A DNA stretch of 64,000 nucleotides from the human T2T-CHM13v2.0 reference genome, Homo sapiens, in NCBI RefSeq assembly GCF_009914755.1, contig NC_060934.1; one strand, 5' to 3'. Every line of letters starts with the position of its first letter. The stretch's first letter is position 1. The notes under the pieces were generated by a model, which was given only the letters and a program-made list of their open reading frames with translations, was not told the origin of the DNA and did not search any database. Of this stretch, positions 11,901 to 28,788 are shown in pieces. The translations under genes were made by a program, and so were the position numbers.

Positions 11901-12935
11901 GGCTGGCAGCCAAGATGGCTGAATAGGAACAGCTCCTGTCTACAGCTCCCAGTGTGAGCGACGCAGAAGACGGGTGATTTCTGCAATTCCATCTGAGATA
12001 CCGGGTTCATCTCACTAGGGAGTGCCAGACAGTGGGTGCAGGACAGTGGGTGCAGCGCACTGTGCATGAGCGGAAGCAGGGTGAGGCATTGCCTCACTCG
12101 GGAAGCTCAAGGACTCAGGGAGTTCCCTTTCCTGGTCAAAGAAAGGGGTGACAGACGGCACCTGGAAAATCGGGTCACTCCCACCCTAATACTGCGCTTT
12201 TCCGATGGGCCTGAAAAACGGCGCACCAGGAGATTATATCCTGCACCTGGCTCGGAGGGTCCTACACCCACGGAGTCTTGCTGATTGCTAGCACAGCAGT
12301 CTGAGATCAAACTGCAAGGCGGCAGCGAGGCTGGGGGAGGGGTGCCCGCCAATGCCCAGGCTTGCTTAGGTAAATAAAGCAGCCCGGAAGCTCGAACTGG
12401 GTGGAGCCCACCACAGCTCAAGGAGGCCTGCCTGCCTCTGTAGGCTCCACCGCTGGGGGCAGGGCACAGACAAACAAAAAGACAGCAGTAACCTCTGCAG
12501 ACTTAAATGTCCCTGTCTGACAGCTTTGAAGAGAGCAGTGGTTCTCCCAGCACGCAGCTGGAGATCTGAGAACGGGCAGACTGCCTCCTCAAGTGGGTCC
12601 CTGACCCCTGACCCCCGAGCAGCCTAACTGGGAGGCACCCCCCAGTAGGGGCAGACTGACACCTCACACGGCCGAGTACTCCTCTGAGACAAAACTTGCA
12701 GAGGAATGATCAGACAGCAGCATTCGCGGTTCACGAAAATCCACTGTTCTGCAGCCACTACTGCTGGTACCCAGGCAAACAGGGTCTGGAGTGGACCTCC
12801 AGCAAACTCCAACAGACCTGCAGCTGAGGGTCCTGTCTGTTAGAAGGAAAACTAACAAACAGAAAGGACATCCACACCAAAAACCCATCTGTACATCACC
12901 ATCATCAAAGACCAAAAGTAGATAAAACCACAAAG
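11901..12935 (+). promoter_or_regulatory. L1 5'UTR: internal sense promoter and antisense promoter
   Basis: Complete 5'UTR; YY1 site present as CAAGATGGCTG (CpG-decayed from CAAGATGGCCG). Confidence 0.75.
12107..12352 (-). pseudogene. L1 ORF0 reading frame; start codon ATG changed to TTG
   Basis: Translation LAGTPPPASLPPCSLISDCCASNQQDSVGVGPSEPG... matches L1 ORF0 (MAGAPPPASLPPCSLISDCCASN...). Confidence 0.85.
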
Positions 12936-13949
12936 ATGGGGAAAAAACAGCAGAAAAACTGGAAACTCTAAAAAGCAGAATGCCTCTCCTCCTCCAAAGG
13001 AATGCAGTTCCTCACAAGCAATGGAACAAAGCTGGATGGAGAATGACATTGACGAGTTGAGAGAAGAAGGCTTCAGATGATCAACCCACTCAGAGCTACA
13101 GGAGGAAATTCAAACCAAAGGCAAAGAAGTTAAAAACTTTGAAAAAAATTTAGACGAATGTATAACTAGAATAACTAATACAGAAAAGTGCTTAAAGGAG
13201 CGGATGGAGCTGAAAACCAAGGCTCAAGAACTACGTGAAGAATGCAGAAGCCTCAGGAGCCAGTGCGATCAACTGGAAGAAAGGGTATCAGTGATGGAAG
13301 ATGAAATGAATGAAATGAAGAGAGAAGGGAAGTTTAGAGAAAAAAGAAAAAAAGAAACGAACAAAGCCTCCAAGAAATATGGGACTATGTGAAAAGACCA
13401 AATCTACGTCTGATTGGTGTACCTGAAAGTGATGGGGAGAATGGAACCAAGTTGGAAAACACTCTGCAGGATATTATCCAGGAGAACTTCCCCAATCTAG
13501 CAAGGCAGGCCAACATTCAGATTGAGGAAATACAGAGAACGCCACAAAGATACTCCTTGAGAAGAGCAACTCCAAGACACATAATTTTCAGATTCACCAA
13601 AGTTGAAATGAAGGAAAAAATATTAAGGGCAGTCAGAGAGAAAGGTCGGGTTACCAACAAAGGGAAGCCCATCAGACTAACAGCGAATCTCTCGGCAGAA
13701 ACTCTAAAAGCCAGACGAGAGTGGGGCCCAATATTCAACATTCTTAAAGAAAAGAAATTTCAACCCAGAATTTCATATCCAGCCAAACTAAGCTTCATAA
13801 GTGAAGGAGAAATAAAATACTTTACAGACAAGCAAATGCTAAGAGATTTTGTCACCACCAGGCCTGCCCTGAAAGAGCTCCTGAAGGAAGCACTAAACAT
13901 GGAAAGGAAAAACTGGTACCAGCCACTGAAAAATCATGCCAAATTGTAA
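12936..13949 (+). pseudogene. L1 ORF1p, disrupted
   Basis: ATGGGGAAAAAACAG start; 2-bp loss near codon 6, CGA>TGA near 13078, -1 frameshift near 13347; C-terminal part open (KRPNLRLIGVPE...YPAKLSF). Confidence 0.93.
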
Positions 13950-14012
13950 AGACCATCGAGGCTAGGAAGTAACTGCATCAACTAACAAGCAAAATAACCA
14001 GCTAACATCATA

Positions 14013-17821
<3,809 letters not shown>

Positions 17822-18104
17822 ACAATGAGAACACATGGACACAGGAAGGGGAATATCACACTGGGGACTGTTGTGGGGTGGGGGGAGTGGGGAGGGATAG
17901 CATTAGGAGATATACCTAATGCTAAATGATGAGTTAATGGGTGCAGCACACCAGCATGGCACATGTATACATATGTAACTAACCTGCCCATTGTGCACAT
18001 GTACCCTAAAACTTAAAGTATAAAAAAAAAAAAAAAAGAAATGCAAAGGAACACTGTGAAAGGCTAGATTTGACAGGTGGTTTGTGTGACTGCAGTGTGA
18101 GACT

Positions 18105-18460
18105 CAATCTCATAGGAGAGAGAGGAATGATGGTTACCAGAGGCTGAGGTGGCTAGGGGAGGGGAACATGGAGAAATGTTGGTCAACAGATAAATAATTA
18201 CAGTTAGACACAAGCAGTAAGTTAGACACAAGTTAGACACAAGAACTCTATTGTACAGCATGGTGACTATAGTTGATGAGGATATATTGCATTTTTGAAA
18301 AGTGCAGAGAGAGTGGATGTGTTCTCACCACAAAAATGATAATTATGTGAGTTAATGTGCTTGCTAACTAGGTAGATGTAACCATTTCATAATGTATATA
18401 TACTTCAAAACACCGTATTACACACAATAAATGCATGTAATTTTACCAGTCAATTTTTTT
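18105..18460 (+). mobile_element. L1MA-type 3' end fragment
   Basis: atgatggttaccagaggctg...ggtgactatagttgat...gttctcaccacaaaaatgataattatgtga. Confidence 0.75.
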
Positions 18461-21099
18461 TAAAAGGAGGGACTCAGGTTGTGAACTTTAACAGTGGCAA
18501 AAACCGAAGGCCCCTCAAAAAGACTAGACAGTCCAGAAGGAATTCCCACTTGGAGGCGGGAGGGGCAGAGCTGTGAGCTCCTCATGGAGGTGGAATTGAG
18601 GTGGGCCATTTAAGAGGAGAAAGGGGTCAGTGGGATTTCTCCAGTCTTGGTAAGTATATATACACTTTTACACTTTTAAGAGCATATATCTGTATGCATG
18701 TATTATATATAGATGTACACTTCAACTGAGAATTGCTTGGAATTCAATTTTTCTTTTTTCTTTTTTTGGTAACTATTCAGGGCCTTCCCACCTTGCAACT
18801 TAAAAATAATTTTGGAACTCTAAGTATACAGATAATATGTGTGCTTCATAATCAGAGCTACTTCAGCCTTCCAGGCAGCAAATAATAATCGGCCAGGGTT
18901 TCTTGTCCCCCCCATAACTCCTCAAACCATGCACATACAATTACCACTTAGCAAAACCTCCACCATGCAAAGACTACGCAGCTCTCTCTCTTCCGTTCTG
19001 AGGGCCTCTCTGTCTTTCATTTTTCTCACTGAGTGCCTCATAACCAATCCAAGCACTGCCTGATCAGGGCTGTTTAAGTTTTGGAGGACTCGACTTCACA
19101 GGAGTCTTTCTTTCACCTTTGCTTGGACCTCACTTTGAAGGTCCATTGTCATCTCTGTGTAGAATCTCTGTGTTATTAACCCTGCCACTGGGCTTAACTG
19201 CTTTTAGAGAAGCAGATATGTGGTGTCCAAGGGAGGGTGAATGGGGTACAAAAGATATCCCTATTTTATATAGGATTCCACAGGACTCCAAAGTCCCTGT
19301 CCTTAAAGACCAATAGATCTCCACAGGATATAACATGACATTTATGAAACAATTACAAACCAATGGAGTGTGCACTTGAGTGTTTTAATATTTAATAGAT
19401 GGTAGGTATTCTAGGAAGAAGAAGGGAATTTATCTTTCTTAGCACCTATATGTAATCACGGTTCTATGAATGTTATATAAAGGATCTCATTTAATTCTTG
19501 CACCCATCTTGTAAGGTAGGCATTTTACAGTTGGGAAAACAGTCTCAAAAAAATAGTTAAGTTTATTGTTTTCAATTTCTGCATCCATTCCATCTTTCCT
19601 TCTGCATCTATCCCTGCCTTCAGGTGGCTCAGTCAAGATGTGGATGGCAAAGCATGCACATACTGCCTTTGTTTTAATCTTTTGGGGAGTCCCAAGCCCA
19701 ATAATAGCAATTCTCCATGCACAACTATTTTTATTGAACATTAAGACAAAAAATTAGCAAAATGGATATCATAAAAGCTCTTTTATCATAATGAGACTGG
19801 AGAGAGAGAGACATATCTTTGCAGATCATGGCCTTCATACTGGTCCCCAGAATTAGATAGACAGACCCACTCAGGAGTTATCAATGCTGAGACCCTGAAA
19901 GTCTCCTGAATTGGGGCTGGACCTTTCCTGTGAGGTTGGCATGTTGCAGAGATGGGTGGAGAGCACACAATGTACTCCTGAGAGGAGGAGGGAGTCTCTG
20001 GGCCAAACACACTGCATTTATTCTTTCACCTTTGCTAATAAGGTAAATTGCTTTACACACAATGGGGGAGAAGCAAGTGAAGGGACAGAGAGAGGCCAGG
20101 AGTATTTTGTTAGTGATGAACTTTTACCTGGAAGGAAAGCAAGTATGGAGAATACATACTGCCTGTTTCTCTGCTGTAGAAAACTCTCCTAAGTCCTTTA
20201 AAATATTCCACCTTTTACTTCCTCCACCATCTTGTTTTTAGATGATTTGTCTGACAGTGGGTCTACTTCTTCACATCACCTCTGCTGTTCTGTCCATTAT
20301 GTGTTATCTCCTCCTTCCAGTCTTTGCAGTCATCTTCGATGTGGTAGCAGTTTTCTTTACATTCAAAGTTATCACATTTCCACCCATGATTTCCCCTGAT
20401 CACCCCCTCTGCTTCCCCCAGCCTTCTAGGTGAGGTATTTTCATACTCACAAGTATTTAGGATATCTGAGAAGACCTTGCACCTTTGTTTTGTTCACACT
20501 TTATTATTCTTCCTTTAAGTCAATGTCCATTCTTCCTTCCACATCCTAGGAGAGCCTCTTTGTTTATTCATCATTTATTTTTGGTGTTTTTATAAGTCTT
20601 GCTTTCCCCGCCCCTGCTCTCTCTCACTATATAAAATGTGCTCCCCAGAGTACCATCCTCAACTGTCTTCTTAGGCTGTATCTCCTGTACATGCTTTCAG
20701 GAGAATTATTATATATTATATATACATATGATTATAATAATATATATTATTATATATATAAAATAATTCTAAAATTTCTATCTTTTTCCTGGGCTGCACA
20801 CACATGCATGTGACCACACCTGTATTTACACTGCCTAGCGCATATGTATATCTAGCTGTCACACTGCCTTTTCAAACTGGACATGGCCAAATCCTATTTT
20901 TCTTTCCATATTTGTCTCAGTTAATACTTCTAATATCTGTTTAATTAAAAGTTTAGGCATTATCTACAATGCGACTCTACCTATTTTCTAAATAATAGCT
21001 TTTATCATTATTTGATTAAAACCTTTTAAGGCTCTGTTTTGCCCAAAAGATTAAAAAGACAAAATCCTTGGAATTTAAATATGTGTCTTTATGAACTTA

Positions 21100-21720
21100 T
21101 CATGGTTAATTTTATGTATCACCTTGGCTGGGCCACAGTGCCCAGATAATTGGTCAAACTTATTCTGCATGTTTCTATGAAGGTGCTTTTTAGATAAGGT
21201 TAACATTTAAATTGGTGGACTTCGAGTAAAGAGTATCCTCTATAATGCAGGTGGGTCTTATCTAATCAACTGATAGGCCTTTCTTAGATCAAGCTCTGGT
21301 CTCCACTAAGCAGAAGGAATTCTGCCAGCAGACTGCTTTTGTACTTGAATTATAACTCTTCCTTTGGTCTCAAACCTGCTGGCCTACTCTGCAGATTTTG
21401 GACTTACTAAGCCTCAGCATTCCTGGGAGCAAATTAAAAGCGCTCTCGCATATATACATACATGTGAGCTAATTACTCTCATATGAGAGATATTTTATAT
21501 ATACATATGATTATATGCATATATGATTATACACACATATATGAGCTAATAACATACTTTATAGCTAATTACTTATATAAGAGAGAGATTTTAAGTAATT
21601 AGCTTATGTGTGTGTATAATCACATATACATATCATATGTATATATAATATAATCATATATATATGATTATACACACACAAATCCTTTTGTTTTTGTTTC
21701 TTTGGAGAATCTTAATATAA
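21100..21720 (+). mobile_element. MLT2 (ERVL) solo LTR with expanded internal TA-rich repeat
   Basis: atggttaattttatgtatcaccttggctgggccacagtgcccagata ... tgtttctttggagaatc. Confidence 0.8.
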
Positions 21721-22929
21721 GATCTATTCCTTTATTTTAAAATAAGAACATTTACCTTTTCATATATTAAAAAAATTAAGAAACAATCAAATGAAAATAA
21801 CCAAAGAAGAAGCCATCAAACAGAAAAACAATGTAAAGCCACTACCGACACAAACCTGTAGTCCAGCAGTGTCAAAGCCTGGATGCATGATACATTCTTC
21901 AGTGCCTCCGTGCAGTGTGACAGGCTGGTCTGTCATCTTGGGATTCTCTTCCACTTTCCTTGCCTGGCTCTTCTTAGCTTCTCCAGGCAGGTTTTTATGT
22001 GACCTTCTCTGTGCTCCCATAACATACTGTCCGTATCTTTATTTTGGCAGTTTCCATACTGAATGACATTTATTTACATCTGCTTTTCTCAAAAGATTTA
22101 AACTCCTTAAAGACTGGAACTCACAACCCTGGCACCCATTGTGTCCTAAATCAATCTTGGTGGAATGGAATAGATTTATTCTATAGCTGACTTCTCCCCA
22201 TTTAATTCTTACTGCACACAGAAGGTATACTCAATTCCTCAAAAGAAAACCAAATCCTGCTCCCTTCCTCCAAAGGAGAGGGGGATTATTTTATGGGCTA
22301 TTTCATGTGAGTCCCTGACATCCAAGCATTCTCTGTTCCTTCATTTCCTTCCACATCGAAGTGCTCTCCTAACTTTGAGCAGGAAGCCCAGGAGAGAAAT
22401 ATGGCTGACTCCTGGGGATCTAAGATCTTGCAGAGCATTGGCGATCCTGAAGGACTCATGACCCATGAGAGTAACAGCTAGTGTTAAACATGTACACAAG
22501 GTGACTTCATAGGAAGCCACTGCTTCTTGCTCTACTGAAAGTAATGAATGCAGAGATCGTCACACTAAGACCATCCCTGTTTTTCTTTAAACCTTTGGTG
22601 GAATAGCCAAGGTCTTTCATCATGGACTGGGGGCTTCTTGAGGGCCAGGACTGTGCTCTTCTCTCCTTAGGGCTCCCATTGTGTAAAAACAATACATAGA
22701 TATATAAAGGTCTGTTTCTCATTAGCTATTCTTAAATATTGCCTTGAGTTGAATGGTATGCTAGGAGTATCTCAGCCTGGGTGCTCACTTCTCTGAAGTA
22801 TAGAGAAACAGATGTGATAAGTTATAAGAGAATCTAAGGAAGACCTTGTTCCTTCCTGAAAACTGAATCTATAACATTATTACCTAATATAACAATGTAT
22901 AACAATATTACATAACCAGATACTTAAAG

Positions 22930-23150
22930 AAAGATCACGAGATTTAGTGTAAGATGTATGAATCTAAATTTTGCCTTTAGCACTTACTATATGATACTGG
23001 GAAATTATTTGACCTTTCTAGTCTCATTTTCTCATCTATAAATTAGGCCTCATAAATTCCTTCTTCAAAACATTGTCGTGAGGTTTAAATGAATTAAAAT
23101 ATATCAAGTGTCCATAAACAGAAGTCTGTCAATAAAATCATTGTTGAATC
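22930..23150 (+). mobile_element. MIR
   Basis: cacttactatatgatactgggaaatta...tctcattttctcatctataaa. Confidence 0.6.
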
Positions 23151-24059
23151 TGAGTCTTCAACACCCTCTTTATTATAGGCAATCACAGTTCTTTTTTTCC
23201 CCCACACTCTGTGCCATAAACCTTGCCAAAACACTCAGACTATATTAACCCTGCAGTAATAAAGAAAAAACAGCAAGCTCATTTGGGAAACTTCCAATAG
23301 CAAAATCGTCTATTAAAATTTGAAAATCATATAAAAACTGTATGACCACAATAGCCTCTTTCTCTTTTGCTTGGGAACCAGAGGTGAACATCATATTTCC
23401 AGTTCTCAGCTTTTGCTGTTTGCTTCCAGAAAAGACAAGTGCTGGTTATTAGGGCCTGTCAATAAATTCCAGAAGTGAAGCAAATCTTACTCAACTGACT
23501 GACAGCTACAAACTAATTTTGCCTTCTTTAAACAACTAACCAGTTTCATGTTTGTGCAGCTGACAAGACTCACTGTGCGCTCTCTTGGCCCAGCACAGCG
23601 TGCTCCGCCCATCATCATGTAGTGGGAATTATTCTGCCTTCACTCAGCTTGTTAATGGGAAGACAGTGCAATCTGCTGAGCATAGAGGACTTTAGCTTAG
23701 AATTCTTCCTGTTCAGAGATACACAGGCATGCTAGGAGATGTTTATAGCAGAAATGACCCCATACTCGCAGGGGGACAACTCAGTTCTATCTGCGATTTC
23801 TTATCACAGTTCATTCAGCAGCATTTGACCAAATACTGTGTTAAAAGCTGAGATGAAAAGAAAAATACTAAAGATGTCACAGGCTAACAGCAAGAAAGGC
23901 ACAGATGAGGACTATTTGTTGTAATTATGAAACCTACAATAGGCAGTGGGGACCCAAAGGAGAGGGGAGTTATTTTCTGGGGAGAGGTTGGGGTGTAAAA
24001 ATACGTCTCCAAAGAGGTAACTAATTTGTTGGTATTTGTTTTCTTTTTTAAGCGAGGTA

Positions 24060-24390
24060 CAACGTACATACAATAATGCTGACATTTCTTCATTGTACAG
24101 CTCAATAAATTTTTGCATATGTGTATACCCATGTAATTATCTCCCAGTTCAAGATATTGGATGTGGCATTTTCATCTCCCAAGAGGGCTTCTTGTGCTCC
24201 TTCTTACCTCCAGGAGGTAACTACTATTTCATCACTATGGATTATTTTTGCCTGCTGTTGAATTTCATGTAAATGAACTCATATGATATGTTCTCTCTTA
24301 TAAGTGGCTTCTTCGGCTCAACATTTGTCTGTGAGATCCATCCCTGTGCAGTGCGCACCCGTCACTCTTTCTATTGCTTTGAAGTATTAC
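24060..24390 (-). mobile_element. Old L1M 3' end
   Basis: tgtacagctcaataaatttt...ggtaactactatt...ttcggctcaacatt. Confidence 0.65.
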
Positions 24391-26309
24391 ATTATAGACA
24401 CTGGCATTTGAAGAATGAGTACAAGTTGCTCCCAGGTGGGTGGCTGCGAAGAGGCACAATCTAAATTTAAGCATGTTATATTTGTAGGGGTAGCTTTAAT
24501 AACATGATAGGGATTTGGGGGTTGATACAGGAGATTGGGCTGAAAAAACAGATTGGAGCTACACTGGGAAGAACGTAGAATGCAATACAAGATGTTTGAA
24601 GTCTGTTTTGTAGAGAATTCCCCAAAATCATCAGAGTTGCTTAAAGTGGAGGCACGGTGCAATCAGATATAAGCGTTAGATGCATTATTCTGGTGTAAAC
24701 ATGACAAGGGCAGGGCAGCAAGGAGAATCCAGAGTCAGGGAATTAGAGGCTAGGCCATCACAGTAGACCAGGTGGCTTGATTTGGAGTCAAATGAAGGAG
24801 ACAGTGGAGTAATCAGAGAGAGATTAACATGCTCAAACAAGGAGAAGAGACAGGGAGGAGTCAGGGAAAGGAATTGATTTTCTGGCTTAAAAAAAAAACT
24901 GAGTTCCAGAATATAAGACAGAAGTAGTTGATTAAATAAGAAATAAGCAACCACTTTTTGAGATTCATCTGAAACTGGATGTGAGAGTGAGGGAGAACAC
25001 TTAGCTTTTGCTGACACACCCTTCCCTCACCCCAGGTGCCCCCTCACTGACCCACGCTGACCTCTGGCAGCGCAGCCTTTAGGAAGAGATAACTCAAAAC
25101 GTCTTGAGGAATTATGCACATTTAATTTACATCTAGGTCTGAATTCTCATGCTGCTTTCCTGTCATTTTGCCATTTTGAAGAATAGCATACCAGGGCTTT
25201 TTATTCCAGCCCTGTGGTGGTGCCGTTTTTGAGAGAATAAATCCCAAGTAGTGTTGCTAAGAGCCAGTGACATTTGCCATGTTTGAAAAGGCCTCATTTT
25301 GAAGAATGATTATCGATTCTTTTGCACATTCAGATCGCTCCTTTGATGCTGCCTTTTACTGGCCCTGGTGAGTGACCCTCAGCTGTGTCCCTGGCTCCTT
25401 GGCACAGTAGTTCACCCACAAAGAACGTGGTGTTCTTCCAAGTGGCACTCACCCTGTGCCTGTCCACAGGATAAGTCACTGTTTCTCTGAATATTTCATC
25501 ACACAGAGGAATGTCTCCAAACCTCACCTGGGTTGTTGAAAATATGTAGATATGCTTATAAACGAACACAGGTGATGATAGAGTGTGTGGGGAGAGGAAT
25601 AAGAGGCATCAAGGCACTTCATTAGGACACATGATGGTAATTCTGGGACTACGTCATCTCCAATTACAGCCAAGGTGTGGGCGTTCAATTTTTAGGGAGA
25701 AGTACAACTGGAGAGAGAGGGTAACAGAGGGGCATGGAAGACCAGGAAATGTGATAAATAGACTATTGTAATTGCATGCAATTGACTCCCAAGGAATAAA
25801 TATTGAAAAGAAATATTAGGTGTAGGTGGTGTCTCTGCAACACAGGAAGGCCCTTGATTTCCATTTCCAGGATCCAAGAGAGACTTACCCATATATCTCA
25901 GGAATTTTGACATCACTTGTGAGTGTTAAAAGTGAAAGCTCACATTCAATCGCAGTGACATTTTTTGTGAACCTAATGGGAAAAGTTAAAAAAGAAAAAA
26001 AATAATGAGGCAAGTCTTGGTATATAACCTGAAAATTTGAAATGGGTTATTTATTCTTTATTACATGTGTCCCTTGATATTATGGTGTCTTCAGTATGTT
26101 GGCCAGAAGAATAGAGAGGGCATTAATTCTCAATGAATTTCTAAGATTGAAACACTGCTTCATACCTTTTTGGAAGGGTAAGTCTGATATATATATAAAA
26201 TATATTACAAAATATATCAGAAAATATATAAATATATATTGTACACATACACACATATAATTACATATAGTTAAGTACTTAGCATTTGGAAGGTGAAGTC
26301 TTTCTTTTA

Positions 26310-26651
<342 letters not shown>

Positions 26652-26999
26652 TCATTTATACTTTACAGAAATAGAGATTCTTCTGTTTTAGACCAAGAGA
26701 TCCAAACCTGTGTTCTTAATGACTACTGTTTTGCCAGCACTGAGATTTCTAAGCAGAGAGTCTATGAGACCAACTTGACACGAGGTGGTAAAAATGTGTC
26801 CACAAAGGACAGACAGTACCGTGCACTCTGTCTTTTGCTTTCTCTGAATATATTCTTTTCTCATGCCAGCACCATCATGGACCCAATACTGCTTCAGAGG
26901 TGTAGTGCTTGATTTGCAGAAGTTTACTAGCCCAATTAAGACCAGGACCTGCAGTGGAACATGCTGCCTTCCTGTGACTGAGGTATCTGGGCAAGGCTA

Positions 27000-27306
<307 letters not shown>

Positions 27307-27361
27307 TTAACATTAGAACAAGATACTTTCTTTTATATTTTTGCATCAACCTCCATACTAC

Positions 27362-28788
27362 TGAGAGGTGACAGCGTGCTGGCAGTCCTCACAGCCCTCG
27401 CTCACTCTCGCAGCCTCTTCTGCCTGGGCTCCCACTTTGGCGGCACTTGAGGAGCCCTTCAGCCCACCGCTGCACTATGGGAGCCCCTTTCTGGGCTGGC
27501 CAAGGCCAGAGCCGGCTCCCTCAGCTTGCAGGGAGATGTGGAGGGAGAGGCGCGAGAGGGAACTGGGGCTGCGTGCAGCGCTTGCGGGCCAGCTGGAGTT
27601 CCAGGTGGGCATGGGCTTGGTGGGCCCCGCACTCGGAGCAGCCGGCCGGCCCTGCTGGCCCCGGGCAGTGAGGGGCTTAGCACCCGGGCCAGCAGCTGCG
27701 GAGGGTGTACTGGGTCCCCCAGCAGTGCCGGCCCACCGGCGCTGCGCTCGATTTCTCGCTGGGCCTTAGCTGCCTTCCCACGGAGCAGGGCTCGGGACCT
27801 GCAGCCCGCCATGCCTGAGCCTCCCACCCGCTCCGTGGGCTCCGGTGCGGCCGGAGCCTCCCCGACGAGTGCTGCCCCCTGCTCCATGGCGCCCAGTCCC
27901 ATCAACCGCCCAAGAGCTGAGGAGTGCGAGCGCATGGCGCAGGGCTGGCAGATAGCTCCACCTGCAGCCCTTGTGCGGGATCCACTGGGTGAAGCCAGCT
28001 GGGATCCTGAGTCTGGTGGGGACGTGGAGAGTCTTTATGTCTAGCTCAGGGATTATAAATACACCAATCGGCACTCTGTATCTAGCTCAAGGTCTGTAAA
28101 CACGCCAATCAGCACCCTGTGTCTAGCTCAGGGTTTGTGAGTGCACCAATGGACACTCTGTATCTAGCTGCTCTGGTGGGGCCTTGGAGAACCTGTGTGT
28201 CCATACTCTGTATCTAACTAATCTGATGGGGATGTGGAGAACCTTTGTATCTAGCTCAGGGATTGTAAACGCACCAATCAGCACCCTGTCAAAACAGGCC
28301 ACTGGGCTCTACCAATCAGCAGGATGTGGGTGGGGCCAGATAAGAGAATAAAAGCAGGCTGCCCGAGCCAGCAGTGGCAACCCGCTGGGGTCCCATTCCA
28401 CACCGTGGAAGCTTTGATCTTTCCCTCTGCAGTAAACGTTGCTACTGCTCACTCTTCGGGTCCACGCTGCTTTTATGAGCTGTAACACTCACCGCAAAGT
28501 TCTGCAACTTCACTCCTGAGCCAGCGAGACCACCAGCCCACCATGAGGAACGAACAACTCCAGAGGCGCCACCTTAAGAGCTGTAACACTCACTGTGAAG
28601 GTCTGTAGCTTCACTCCTGAGCCAGCGAGACCACGAACCCACCAGAAGGAAGAAACTCCGAACACATCTGAACATCAGAAGTGACAAACTCCAGACACGC
28701 CACCTTAAGAGCTGTAACACTCACCGCGAGGGTCCGCGGCTTTATTCTTGAAGTCAGTGAGACCAAGAACCCACCAATTCTGGACACA
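27362..28788 (+). mobile_element. Solo LTR12C (ERV9 LTR), complete, 1427 bp
   Basis: TGAGAGGTGACAGCGTGCTGGCAG...CCAATTCTGGACACA; TG...CA termini; 4-bp TSD CTAC (27358-27361 and 28789-28792); no PBS or internal sequence follows. Confidence 0.95.
28030..28380 (+). promoter_or_regulatory. LTR12C U3 enhancer repeats and core promoter
   Basis: Five CCAAT boxes (28064, 28105, 28146, 28274, 28312), GGGTGGGG (28328), AGATAA (28338), TATA-like AATAAAA (28347). Confidence 0.8.

Noticed and set aside
27368-28074. Overlapping 102-172 aa ORFs on both strands
   Set aside because: They lie in the GC-rich U3 of LTR12C where stop codons are scarce, and they show no recognisable domain.
28500-28740. Repeated ~70-120 bp units (gagctgtaacactcacc..., cttcactcctgagccagcgagaccac)
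   Set aside because: These are the normal U5 tandem repeats of LTR12C.
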